Source: Basidiobolus meristosporus CBS 931.73
Taxonomy: Eukaryota; Fungi; Basidiobolomycota
DNA length: 64,000 nucleotides
Direction: 5' to 3'
Assembly: GCA_002104905.1 (NCBI GenBank)
Contig: MCFE01000004.1
Span: 1 to 64,000, forward strand
Positions within the stretch are counted from its first letter, which is position 1, and each line of letters begins with the position of its first letter. Both the position numbers and the translations under genes were made by a program. The notes under the pieces are model-generated. The model was given only the letters and a program-made list of their open reading frames with translations, did not search any database and was not told the origin of the DNA. Positions 11,801 through 22,044 of this stretch are shown piece by piece.

Positions 11801-13333
11801 ACTGTCACTGTACCAACTGTTACCGAGGACAAGACCGCCACTGTGCCTATCGTTACCGTTGATAAAACTGTCACTGACATCGATGGTGTTGGTAAGAAGA
11901 CTGTCACTGTACCAACTGTTACCGAGGACAAGACCGCCACTGTGCCTATCGTTACCGTTGATAAAACTGTCACCGACGTCGATGGCTCTGACAAGACTGT
12001 CACTGTGCCTACTGTTACTGTTGATAAGACAATCACCGACTCCGATGGTGTTGGTAAGAAGACTGTCATTGTACCAACTGTTACTGAGGACAAGACTGCT
12101 ACTGTACCTACCGTCACTGTTGATAAGACTATCACTGGCTTCGAAGGCTCTGATGACAAGACTGTCACTGTAACAACGGTTACCGAGGACAAGACCGCCA
12201 CTGTGCCTACTGTTACTGTTGATAAGACTATCACCGACTCTGATGGTGTTGGTAAGAAGACTGTCACTGTACCAACTGTTACCGAGGACAAGACCGCCAC
12301 TGTGCCTATCGTTACCGTTGATAAAACTGTCACTGACGTCGATGGCTCTGACAAGACTGTCACTGTACCAACTGCTACTGAGGACAAGACCGCCACTATG
12401 CCTATGGTTACCGTTGATAAAACTGTCACCGACGTCGATGGCTCTGACAAGACTGTCACTGTACCAACTGCTACTGAGGACAAGACCGCCACTATGCCTA
12501 CGGTTACCGTTGATAAAACTGTCACCGACGTCGATGGCTCTGACAAGACTGTCACTGTACCTACTGTTACTATTGATAAGACAATCACCGACTCTGATGG
12601 TGCTGACAAGACTGTCACTGTACCAACTGCTACTGAGGACAAGACTACCACTGTGCCTACTGTTACTGTTGATAAGACTATCACCGACTCTGATGGTGCT
12701 GACAAGAAGACTGTCACTGTACAAGCTGTTACCGCGGATAAGACTGTCACCGTATCTACCGTCACTGTTGATGAGATTACCACGGACTCTAATGCTACAG
12801 ATGAAACGACTGTCACAGCTGAAATGACCGTCACTGTGCCTACTGTTACCAAGGATAAGACTATCATTGATGGAATGACCACAACTGAGAAGAAGACTGT
12901 CGTCACAGTAACTGCTATTGAGAATAAGGATATCGCAGCTCCAACGATTGTCTCCACGATAGCTGAAGTATCTATTGCTACGCCTACGGGTGCAACCAAG
13001 AGCAGTACAGAGACCGATTCTGTCGTTGCTACCATAGCTCAACGTACTGAAATTGCCAGGGAACATACCGCTGTGTCTCACTCTACCCTGCGTTCTGCAT
13101 CGCAACAATGTGATCCTCAAACTATCACCGTTACCATCACAAAAACCGTTGATACAACCATCTCCACTGAACCTACAGTTGGCATTGAATGCGTTGATGG
13201 GCAGTACAAATGTATAGATCCAGGCTATTCACCAAGATTTACCATCTGTAGCAATGGTAAACTATACGAAAACCAGTGTTCTTCCGGCACCGTATGTAAA
13301 CCACTGGAAGGATCAATCATTTGCGATTGGTAA
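5849..13333 (+). CDS. Giant secreted Thr/Val-rich repeat protein (mucin/adhesin-like) with C-terminal CBM19-like chitin-binding module
   Basis: Single 2494-aa ORF with an N-terminal signal-peptide-like segment (MRFTYGLSAAIAFANALSA) and >1900 aa of T/V/K/D repeats. The Cys-rich tail CVDGQYKC...FTICSNG...CSSGTVC...IICDW has the fungal CBM19 pattern. Confidence 0.88.
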   Translation: MRFTYGLSAAIAFANALSALQQSGPVLDDGILPLSKKADHQSAQSKSTVPAPTHSSLTTVATEASLRSSSVNRPLSSQEHDLKPKNSELPDVKAMVSDRRVEDDHRIVSEHVASGGKKATSTGSSLLPKSTISMSVISKKQKEHSAAAVDTLPDTVSVYSTFLEYQTYTEPPTVIFETTNQLLTTDVGSGSVKVTHVETIHATVTSKESVTHVDTVKETITIAAKPETERHTLTEHHTLTKKEFETPTEVVRTALDTKHEVHTVTKKKTLKPVTVTPTVLVTKKPANKDSATESIPDTATVYSTYIEYQTYTEPPSIIVETTNQLLTTDVGSGSAKETYVETIHATVTRKESVTHVDTVQETTTIAEKPETERHTVIKHRTLTKKESESPTVVVRTALDTKHKVHTVIKKKTLQPVTVTPTITESIIIEKETFQHTVTAPTVTVSETDQHTVTAQETNQHTVTDKETVQHTISASTVTDRETDQHTLTAPTVTDKETVQHTETDENTIQHTVTERETSQHTITAPVVTDKKTVQHTVTAPTVTDKETVHNTVTAPTVTSKETVQHTVAAPTVTDRETDQHTITDKETVHVTPTASTVTDKETFQHTVSGPTITDRETDQHTIIDKETVHVTPAASTVTAKETVQHTVSAPTVTERETDQHTITDKETVHVTPAASTVTEKETVQHTIATPSIERVTNQHTVTDRETMQHTITAPTVTEVHTYNQTLPGITVTDEKTRSLEATIIRDKTVTAPTVTVDRTITGANVTNEETVTAPTVTEEKTITAPTVTEEKTVTAPTVTEDKTVVAPTVTVDKTITDSDNTKDNSVSTVTVDKTIIMPTVTGDKTITIDKTITDSNVAAERTVIVPTVTKDKTVTEPTITEDKTVTEPTITEDKTVAAATVTVDKTITDSNVAGEKTVTVPTGTEDKTVIVDKTIINSGTADEKTVTIHSVTDDKTVTIPTVTVDKTITGSNVVDQKTVTEDKTIAVPTVTIDKTIIDSYVTDEKTITVPTVTGDKTVTVDKTITDSNVADEKTVTEDKTVAVPTATVDKTITDFSATDKKTITIPTVAVPTVTVDKTITDLSNEKTVTLHSVTDDKTVTVPTVTEDKTITVPSVTKDKTVAVPTITVDKTVTDSSIVNEKTVTEDKTATVSTITADKTVTNSNVADEKTTTVLTASEDKTTTVPTVTVDKTITDSNGVDEKTVAVTTVTEDKTATVPTVTVDKTITDFEGSDDKTVTVPTVTEDKTANVPTVTVDKTITDSDGADKKTVTVQAVTKDKTATVPTVTVDKTITDSDGADKTVTVQTVTEDKTATVPTVTVDKTITDSDGADKKTVTVQTVTEDKIATVPTVTVDKTITDSDGADKTVTVQTVTEDKTATVPTVTVDKTITDSDGADKKTVTVQAVTKDKTATVPTVTVDKTITDSDGADKTVTVQTVTEDKTATVPTVTVDKTITDSDGADKKTVTVQAVTKDKTATVPTVTVDKTITDSDGADKTVTVQTVTEDKTATVPTVTVDKTITDSDGADKKTVTVQAVTKDKTATVPTVTVDKTITDSDGADKTVTVQTVTEDKTATVPTVTVDKTITDSDGADKKTVTVQTVTEDKIATVPTVTVDKTITDSDGAGKKTVTVPTVTEDRTATVPTVTVDKTITDFEGSDDKTVTVDKTITSFEGSDDKTVTVTTVTEDKTATVPTVTVDKTITDSDGAGKKTVTVPTATEDKTATVPTVTVAKTIIGFEGSDDKTVTVTTVTEDKTATVSTDTVDNTITDSDGAGKKTVTVPTVTEDKTATLPIVTVDKTITDFEGSDDKTATVPTVTVDKTITDSDGAGKKTVTVPTVTEDKTATVPTVTVDKTITDSDGVGKKTVTVPTVTEDKTATVPIVTVDKTVTDIDGVGKKTVTVPTVTVDETITDSDGVGKKTVIVPTVTEDKTATLPIVTVDKTITGFEGSDDKTVTVTTVTEDKTATVPTVTVDKTITGSDGVGKKTVTVPTVTEDKTATVPIVTVDKTVTDIDGVGKKTVTVPTVTEDKTATVPIVTVDKTVTDVDGSDKTVTVPTVTVDKTITDSDGVGKKTVIVPTVTEDKTATVPTVTVDKTITGFEGSDDKTVTVTTVTEDKTATVPTVTVDKTITDSDGVGKKTVTVPTVTEDKTATVPIVTVDKTVTDVDGSDKTVTVPTATEDKTATMPMVTVDKTVTDVDGSDKTVTVPTATEDKTATMPTVTVDKTVTDVDGSDKTVTVPTVTIDKTITDSDGADKTVTVPTATEDKTTTVPTVTVDKTITDSDGADKKTVTVQAVTADKTVTVSTVTVDEITTDSNATDETTVTAEMTVTVPTVTKDKTIIDGMTTTEKKTVVTVTAIENKDIAAPTIVSTIAEVSIATPTGATKSSTETDSVVATIAQRTEIAREHTAVSHSTLRSASQQCDPQTITVTITKTVDTTISTEPTVGIECVDGQYKCIDPGYSPRFTICSNGKLYENQCSSGTVCKPLEGSIICDW
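6307..7110 (+). repeat. Two-copy intragenic duplication, period about 429 bp (143 aa)
   Basis: DTVSVYSTFLEYQTYTEPP...KKTLKPVTVTPT is repeated as DTATVYSTYIEYQTYTEPP...KKTLQPVTVTPT. Confidence 0.9.
7150..8010 (+). repeat. His-containing 15-aa repeats (HTVTAPTVTDKETVQ) with an embedded 3 x 120-bp repeat
   Basis: Visible in the translation. GACTG(A/AT)CAGCATAC...AAAGAAACAGTCCATGT recurs at about 7576, 7696 and 7816. Confidence 0.85.
8090..12870 (+). repeat. Coding minisatellite of TVT(V/E)DKT units; 96/99-bp units forming a 195-bp higher-order repeat at about 9590-10700
   Basis: 33-aa (…SDGADKKTVTVQAVTKDKTAT) and 32-aa (…SDGADKTVTVQTVTEDKTAT) units alternate. GCTGACAAGAAGACT recurs at about 9641, 9836, 10031, 10226 and 10421. 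Confidence 0.92.
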
Positions 13334-14094
13334 GTGCTGATTGATACGTGGAGCTACCAATGCTACATGAGAAATAAAATGATTTAGACAAAAATGGATG
13401 CTCCAAAGGTTGTGTGTTTGGTGGGAGTATTATGTATATATATATCCATGAAGTGCCACACACTAGAATTACTATAAATGCAAAATACCCTCTGAAGTTC
13501 CTGTTAAGCATCCGCATGCAAAATACCTTTGTAGAAATTTTAGATCAGGATTCTACTCTTTTTTGCTGGCACTCCTAAGAATAGCGTGACCAGGTTTCAT
13601 AAACGACAATACACAAAGATCCGATATTTGCCATTTATAAGATTTGGATTTTAGCAAATTTTCATGGATAATCCGATGACTACGTTATGCGAACAAAAAT
13701 AACATTTACCGTTTCAATTTTATTGCTATTATGATTTTCCTCCATACTTGCAGCCAAAAACATTGCTAGGAAATTTACAACAAAAATCACTGACAAATCC
13801 ACACCACCATACTCAGCAAAAACAAGATACCTTTTGGGGTCTTTGAAATCCAGTGATGTATATGTGAAGGAAAACGCCATAGGACTATGTGTGTGCAACC
13901 TTGATTGTATATAATATAGCACACTTATCTCTTTAGCATAAATAATCTATTTTTGCTTGAAAATAGCTTTTATTCCAATCATACAAAGGGTAGGGTGCTA
14001 TGTGAAGTATTTGCAATATGCCTGTGGCCAATATCTTCTCTTTTACATTCAAGCACCATGTTTGATAACCAGCCCATTCACAAAGCTCTTCAGA

Positions 14095-14475
14095 GGCAAG
14101 AACATAAGGCAAAACCTTGGGACCAAGGTTGTCAAATACTCAAAGGGCCCACGGTTGCTAGAATGGCCTCTGGTCACATATATTGTAAATTTTGTATTTA
14201 CGCCTAAATAATTCATTAACTTGGCCACTAAGATCATAACTTATGAACTTTACTCTTTGTTGGTACGTCTGCCAAAATGTCATTTACCCACGACATGAGA
14301 ATCCTCGAAGTTGTCCAAAAGCCCCCACACTCTGCATACATGTTCTTGGGACCTTCTGAAGCATACTGTAAAAGTATAAATACCACTTTTACATTCAAGG
14401 ACATATCAAGTGAAAACCACACAATCTGCTTGTTCCCTCAATCACCTCCAATATCTCCATGACTCTTACAACAAC
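14095..14475. repeat. Diverged second copy of the 2.1-2.5 kb repeat element, same orientation
   Basis: AAATTTTGTATTTACGCCTAAATA (14187) matches AAATTTCGTAATTACACCTAAATA (2191). AAGTTGTCCAAA, ACATGTTCTTGGGA, GTAAAAGTATAAA.ACCACTTTTACATTCAA, AAGTGAAAACCACA and AATATCTCCA..ACTCTTACAACAAC are shared. The left boundary is approximate. Confidence 0.72.
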
Positions 14476-15575
14476 CAACACCCTTTCAGCATAGTTTCTA
14501 ATCATTTTTTAAAATACAATTCTGCTTGTAATAAACCACCTCTCACAGTGGGCCCTTATTTGCGCAGATTTCTCATAATAGTCTTTTCCTTTACATGATT
14601 GTTGAGAAGCTGATTTCACCATTTTATGAATGTTACTGGAGCAGTGATGCTACACATGTATTTTATTGACTAGTATGCAAGATGGTGGAGGGAAGGCTGA
14701 CCCAGTAGAGTAAAATTGATTCCATTGAAATCATCATTCTTCCCCGGGTTTCCACCTTCCAGGGATTTATGGAAGATCAAGTGGTTTCCATCATTATCCT
14801 TAATAGTGAATTGAGGATATCCCCACTTGGATTGATTCCACAGTATCAACTGTAGCGCTGGGAAGTCAACGGGAACACACGCATGAAAATAGATGTTCGC
14901 CTCTGCTTTTTTACCTATGAATACAGAGCAGAACGTAGGTTCTGAAGAGTCCTCCTCTGGGTGGTAGCCTTGAGCTCTTCAGTGTAGAATTTTATTGTGA
15001 CCTTGATTGAGCGAGAGGGGAATTGAGGAATAATCTTCCAGGCGGAACGAGCAGTTTCTGCGGTCATGACAACACAGCGAAAGCGCAAGTGATATGAAGA
15101 GAGCAACGCACCGTAGCAAAGCCAACATGGTGTGACGTTGTTTCTTGTAGAATCTAGCTCTAATACCGCGCTTCCAATGAAAGTGATTGACAGTCCTTGC
15201 TAGTGGAACTGCAAATACCTTGTCTAATTATTGGCAGAGGAGTAGACAGGGTTGCTAACTAATTTAATCAATTTGGTCACAGTACATGTATTTGTGCGGA
15301 TAGCTGAAACTAGCATTTATATTTAAATATATACTTACTCTTGGATGTTTTACCATACACATTTACTCTTGTCTTTTTGTTTTATGTACAGGCGATGATG
15401 ATGTCATGAATCTTTCTTTTTTTCCATGAGGATTTGATCGTTGGAAAACTTGCTTAAACAACCTGTAATTAGTTTAGTTGATCCCCTTGACGAGATGAGC
15501 GTAAATGGTAAATATCCGAATTTATACATGATTAATTTAACAAATTAATTTGAAATCTTTGTTGTGTATACAGGC

Positions 15576-16917
15576 ATGTCGGTAGAACGAAAGCGTTCAG
15601 GCAGATCGCGTACGCACGAGGATCAAGAAGAGATCACCATTTGGGAAAAGACATGTCGAGACCTAGGGAAACTAGAGGTCGTTCAACAGGAGGGATTGGA
15701 CATCTTTGCTCAAATTAACAAACTCCACGAATTAGTTGAAGACGAAGGTAGCATTGAATCCAGCCACCCTTTCCACCAAGCTAAAGTCCTTACGCCATAC
15801 ATAGGCCCGATACAAAGTCTGAATGTAAACTTGGGACGGCTATACAGAGAGGGTGATGAGAATGTCTCTCGGGAACAGAAGTAATTTCCCAGTATTCACC
15901 TATTTCGAAGTCCAAGCCTATTCCTCATAACTCAATCAACCCGAATCATTAGATATATAACACACGCCCTCGAAAATCTTGGTATACTAATTGCGTTGAG
16001 GGATAACGCGGATCTAGGTATGGAATACGGGCCTTCCGTAAGTTTTATTGACTTACAAATATTAAATTCTATATAGAACTCAAGCGTAAGAAACGCAAAG
16101 ATTCTTCCGATAGCGTAAGTAGCTTAGGTAGTCTACCTACCTTTAAAAAGGCCAAAAGGTAACTCTTTCGCAATACTCAAAGCCCACATATAAACTGAGC
16201 CCCAGTTAACTTACTAGCAACACGCACGTTCATGATAATGGAGGAATTATACCCAAACGTAGCTATGTACGCAGTATCCCTGTTTCTTGCTAGAGGGGTT
16301 TGCCAGATACATTGCTGATTACTTTCCCTAGGTTGCCGCCAAAACTCCAAAAATCAAAGACAAAAGCCAGGAGTGGATATTAGCAGTCGTGTTGCAATTC
16401 CTTCCCGAGAAGAACAAGTAACGCAATGACACTTTTCCCCATGTTAACTATCCAACGGCCTTGACCAGTTTTGATACAGATATCAAGTTGAAGACGCAGA
16501 AGTGGATGAGAACGGCAAACGGATGTAAGTATCTCCATGGCCACTACCACTTGGACCTGTAGTAGACAACTTTGTGTGTTATAGGAAATATAACCTTCCG
16601 TTGCGGAATATCATTCCATTACCCGAGGAGTACGCATTGGATGAGATATCAGAGTTTGAGGTTAACCACGTTGTACTGGCGCTATATCCCAATACCACGT
16701 GTTTTTACAAAGCAACGGTCGTACTTCCACCAAGCAAGGTATGTATCACTTCTAATTGGATCCAACGGCAAGGCTCTGACACTCATTGCCACAGATAAGT
16801 GAGCCGGAGTATCAAGGAACATACCGGGTTAGTTTTGAGGATGACGATGATGTTGACCGATTTGTCCCCATCATGTACGTGGTTGATATGCCGAAGAGTC
16901 CGAAGCAAAAGAACTAG
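15576..16917 (+). CDS. SGF29: SAGA-associated factor 29 (tandem Tudor H3K4me reader), multi-exon
   Basis: Exons encode VAAKTPKIKDKSQEWILAVV, YQVEDAEVDE, VLALYPNTTCFYKATVV and YRVSFEDDD, which are typical Sgf29 Tudor motifs. GT-AG introns separate them. Confidence 0.88.
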
Positions 16918-17802
16918 GCTCAGTTCTCGTGGGCTCAGAAGCAGTAGGACTAGGCGTGAACCTAGCTCAACAAACTTAGATATTAGAGGAAATGCCCAGT
17001 AATGAATTTTGAAGAATAGCAACATGTTTCCAATGTAGTCAAAGAAATAATCATGAACGACGTCAAGTCGGATATACTATAAACGCCCCAAGCCTCCTAT
17101 TCAGCTCCCTCCATTTGAATCGGATAAGGAGACCTTCATTTGTGTATATCCTGAACGCAGGAAGCATATATCCACCTTCTGACAAAGCACCCTTCTCCGC
17201 AGACTGACGTCAAATTGTATGGGAATGAGCATAGCCCATGGGCCAATCCAACGTCCAGCGGGGCCATAGACAAAACCTAATCTAATGGATGTCTGAGGTG
17301 GATTTCAGCGAGTCTCCAGCAACCTGGCTTCAATGCTTTGATCAGGTACTTGTTTTCACACAGGACTCTTCGCAACAAAAGTTCCCCAATCAGAGTGGCG
17401 CAAGCCGACTTTAGGTTTGAGACAGATATGATTGATAAGCATGCAGCATCTAACACTTAATAAGTAGATCGTGCTCGTGACGGCCACCAAAGTTAATAAT
17501 ATTGGATCTAGTGATGGATATTAAATGTTCATGAGAAACAGCAGTCACGTCTTATCCACAGAAAAACCTATCATTTCAGCCACGTTCCTAACACTGTATA
17601 ATCTGCATGCCTGCTTCTTAAAGATCGGCGAGCTCCTGATGCTAGATTTGTATTTTGCTTGTTTGCTGAGTATCTTCCTTTCTTTTCAACCCCATTACTC
17701 TCTAGAGTATTCAGCCGCCATTCACAACTAGACCTATAGAGCATACACACATAATTACTGAAGTTACTTCCCAAAGATACATCTTCAACCGGCGCCTATT
17801 CC

Positions 17803-20800
17803 ATGTCTACGCTTGCTCCAGCCGTGCACAACAATGCTGCGAAGGCTGTAGATTACAAAGAGAAAGGCCCCAACTCCCTCACTCCTGCGCAACTCTTAAC
17901 CCTGTTGCAACAGTCGGAGCATGTGGACGAGGTGTTCGAGAAAGTAAACCTGGGTAATGAATCCGAGGTGTGTAAGGGTTTCGATCTGATGACTAACACT
18001 ACGCCAGATGAGGCATCCTCCAATATTTTGCAGACTCCACCTTTGGTAACATCAAATTTAGACGATACGAGACTAAAGCCTCATGAGATCACTCAACTTA
18101 CGAGGGCTGGGACACTTAAACTACTGGGAGATTACTTTAATGTTAATCCCAACACGCTGCCGCCAACCCCAGTTGATAATGAGCACATAAGCTTTGATTC
18201 TGAAGGGAACTACGACGATGTATTGGTTAAACTCTTAGTTAAGGTAATTTTGATTCATCGTTGTATGGAGCCGATACTTTGCATTCAGTGATACTTTTAC
18301 TCTACTACGGCTTGTTATTCCTTGGATGCCAGTGTTGGGTGACAACTCTCTTACTAGTTTTCTTGTGTAGACTGCCGCTATAGCGGAAGCAAACCGGGAT
18401 TCAGTCGGCCAAGTTGACCATCGAAAAAGCTCTGGTCAAGACCGTCCTTCTTGTGAGTATTGGTGTCATAATGTACTTTACTGCACTCTATGTTAACAAC
18501 AATGGAAAGTATCCAAGACAGAGCAACTTTATATCGAGGAAAACACTCCTCTGTATGCATTCATCCAAAATTTAGAATCGCTACCTTCCACCAAGGACAA
18601 TCCTAACACAACAACCAGGCCTATTCGCCAGAGGGTTCGAAGTAGTACTGAGACTTCTGACACTAACAGCCAATCTGCTCTGTCGGGAAGATCGAAAAAT
18701 GTATCTTTCAAGAGTAAAACCAGCGTTTTTCGAGCTTCAACCCTCCAGACTCAGACCAGCGACATGGGAAGACTATCCGCTGATACGAGCGGAACCTTAG
18801 CTGAGCCTTTGATTGCTGAAGAACTTTCAACGGAGCCAGGGATTATCCTAGAAGAGGAAGAGGACGATTACGGAAAGCCTATGACCGCAAAGTCGGCCCT
18901 TTTGTGGTCGTTGATTTTCCAGGAATTGCTAGATACTGAGCGGCAGTATGTCCAAGTCTTGCGCAGTGTTCTCCACGTAGGCCTCCTTTCCATACTATAG
19001 AAATTATCGGAAAGAATATTTACACCTTGTTTGAAGTTTTTTATTTCTCGTATGGAGAAGTTGGATTGGGTATCCTACGATCAGAAAAGTGAGATCTCTA
19101 GGAATATCTATGAACTGGTCGAGTTCCAGGATCAGTTCTTGCAATCCCTCGAATCATCATACCAGGCGCACCAGCTGAACGATTGGAACGCATCTGGCAC
19201 TAGCCCAGCACAATGCTTCTTGAAGTTAAGCCGGCAATTCAGGGTCTATATTCCTTACTGTTCAGAGCACGACAGCGCGCAAAAAGCTTTGATCGAGCTG
19301 GAAAAGAGAGCAGAATGGGTGTCTTTCACCGAGGTGCGTACATGCATGTAATTTAATATCGGATTCCCACAACCACTAATAGAATGTGATTGTCAACAGG
19401 AGTGTGCTGCAGATATTCAACGAGAATCCAAAACCACTAGACTGCCTATCCAGAGCTATCTAATGGAGGTGATGTATCCTCCATGCGTATGAGAACTGCA
19501 CCATCTCCTGACATGTTATTCATAGCCAATCCAACGCATTTGTCGATACCCGTTACTCCTAGAGGTATGTGCTTCATGATGTCAGAATTCTGTCGGACAT
19601 GCAATAACGGATTTTCCCAGAAACTGATGGAGTCCACTCAGAAAGATACCCTAGCTTTCAGAGAGGTGCTTTCAGCCAGGAATCTTATCAGACGAATCGC
19701 CCGTGAAATCAATGAAAAGAAAAGGCAGAAGGAGGGGCGAGAGAAGGCCAAGATCTTGAGGAATCGACTGGAGTGTGTGCCGGTAGGTTTCAGTTATGCT
19801 TATCATAGGAAGGGTTTCGGTTGGTTCTAAGCATAGAGTCAAATCCAGGGACTGAGCCTAGAGTTCGTCCACAGCTTGGGTAGTATCGTCATCGCCGGTG
19901 CACTGCTGGTGGCGAATTGCCAAATGCAGCCCCCTAAAGTCAAGTATTATGGGTGTGTGCTATTTGAAAGCTACCTTTTGGTGATCAAGGCAAAGAAAGC
20001 GACTGCCTATGAACCAAAACATTGGCTTCCTCTGTACAAGATAGATATTCATGATTTCAATGATGGTAGGTGCATATTTGTTAGTAAGAGGTGGATCGCT
20101 TCTCTGACCCCTGGCTATGCTTAGATGGAAATGCTTGGAGCATATCTTATCTTTCGAAACCGGTCTTGGAATTTCAGGCAACGTGCGAAAGGGAGAAGCA
20201 GCTTTGGTTTCAGACTCTGTCCAAACTAATCTCAAAGAGCAAACGTGCCAGACATCAAGCGAATCATCCGCCAGCCCTTGAGCAGTCGCCATCCTCACTG
20301 TCTCTCTGCGTGCGAACAGAGCAGAGAGAACTCTTAAACCAATCAAAGCTTAATCCTCAACTTGAGTCTACCCTCATGAGAGAGCCGTCAAGTAGCTTAA
20401 ATAGTGGTGGCAAGATCCAGTCACTTCGCACTTCGGTCGACATCAAGCTCGGTGATCTGTTTACTCAGGAGTGTGTGGCATCCAGAAATCTTGAAAACGC
20501 AGCCATGCTCAAGTCAGACAGCGGACAAACCAAGCGCTCAGTCAGTGCCGGGGCAATCATTAAACCTCGGAACAAATCAAACCGCAGAAAGACCTGGGGA
20601 CACTCCCTAGTCCACACCAATTCTGTTTCGAACTCTGCAGCAGGTGAATCTAACAATCCCAAATCAAGTAACTCTTTTTCAATCATGAAAGCGGAGGAAA
20701 GCAAGCCCACGATGATCAAAGCTAGTCCCGAGAAGGTACGCAATATTATTTTCAGGTATCGTGATCCTGAAGTATTCATAACCGGTATTTTAAGGGACCG

Positions 20801-21283
20801 CTTGACCGGAAGGGAGGAGTGCTCTCACCAGATGCCCCCTATTTAAAAAAAGCCACTGAAGTGACAGCCATGGAGGATTCAGAACAATTCATTGTAGAAC
20901 ACGAATTCTCTCTCTCACGCATCACTGCTGCTCGGTCACTTAAGTTTAGAAAAATGTTCTGGAGAGGCAAAATCAACAGCGATCCTGACCCTAAGGAAGC
21001 AGCATGGAAGGGTAACCCGCCACGCCTAGAGACAAGCTTATCTGACGACTCCCTGCATCTTTATAAAGACAGCAATGGCGGGAAAATGCGAGGGAATTTC
21101 TTTGGAAGGATGTCGGAGAAATTAAAGCCTAAGCAAAGGTCAGTGAACTCCGCGCCTGATCTGAAAAACTGTCTCGCAGCATCTTTGGAGATGTCCGACT
21201 CTCTAACCAACTCTCGACAAACCCAATGCACGAGTAATCTCAACTCTATGGATCATGGTGCCTCGAAAATTCTGGCACCTTGA
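17803..21283 (+). CDS. Rho guanine-nucleotide exchange factor (DH-PH), multi-exon
   Basis: DH motifs QELLDTERQYVQVL, IYELVEFQDQFLQSLE, FRVYIPYCSEH and (spliced) SYLMEPIQRICRYPLLLE. PH motifs YYGCVLFESYLLVIK and EFQATCEREKQLWFQTL. Confidence 0.88.
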
Positions 21284-22044
21284 ATCAAATTTCGTACAGC
21301 TTCTGAGTAGCAAATATATCTGGCTTTCACCTTACTCGCATTGTTCCGTAGAACTTTTTTAAGTGAAAAACATGTTAAATACCAGTGTGCCGTACTATGG
21401 TTATGGTACCACCTTCGTTCTCTTGATACCCACCCATTTTGTTTTCAGAGCAGACGCCTCGTTGATCTAATACACTAATCTGCTCTCATTAATCTCTAAA
21501 GCCCTTCATCACCTACCATATACGTTGATTTGTGCATACTTTAATTGTTTTCATCCTACAAGCAGTTAAATCACCCTCTAAACCTTCAAATGTGGCTAAA
21601 CATAATAACGAACTAAAGTTGCCGCTAGAAATTCTCACGGTAATTTTGAAAACTGACCCCTTTTCTATTGTGACCGACAAAATCTAGCAAGCCTGAATCA
21701 TAACTCACCGCTGTTCAGAATATATTTGATTTGCATTATGCTATACCAGATATCTGCCAACACCAGGAAAATCTTCCGGTGGATCAAGATAGTGAATGAT
21801 CATCTGAGGAGCACGATCAATTGATCCCTGATTAGCTTCCTCACGCATGGTGTTCCAAATCAATAATGATATCAGTGAAGAATTGGCCATCAACTCGCAG
21901 CTACCAAATAATTATCGTAAAGAAAAATGCTTTATTTTCCACATGCAATATAAGTATTTGAAGTACAAAGGGTATAAAAACTATGCAATGGCTCCATCCT
22001 GCGATGGAACATATCGATCACCTTTAGCAAGTGATCTTGAAAAT

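Noticed and set aside
9590-12700. Regularly spaced repeats resembling a CRISPR array
   Set aside because: They are in-frame coding repeats with no unique spacers and no cas genes, in a eukaryotic context.
8845-13120. Very long minus-strand ORFs (1396 aa and 1250 aa) and shorter off-frame ORFs overlapping the giant gene
   Set aside because: These are shadows of the repetitive sense ORF: the ACT/GTT/GAT/AAG repeats lack antisense stops. They have no ATG context or domain content.
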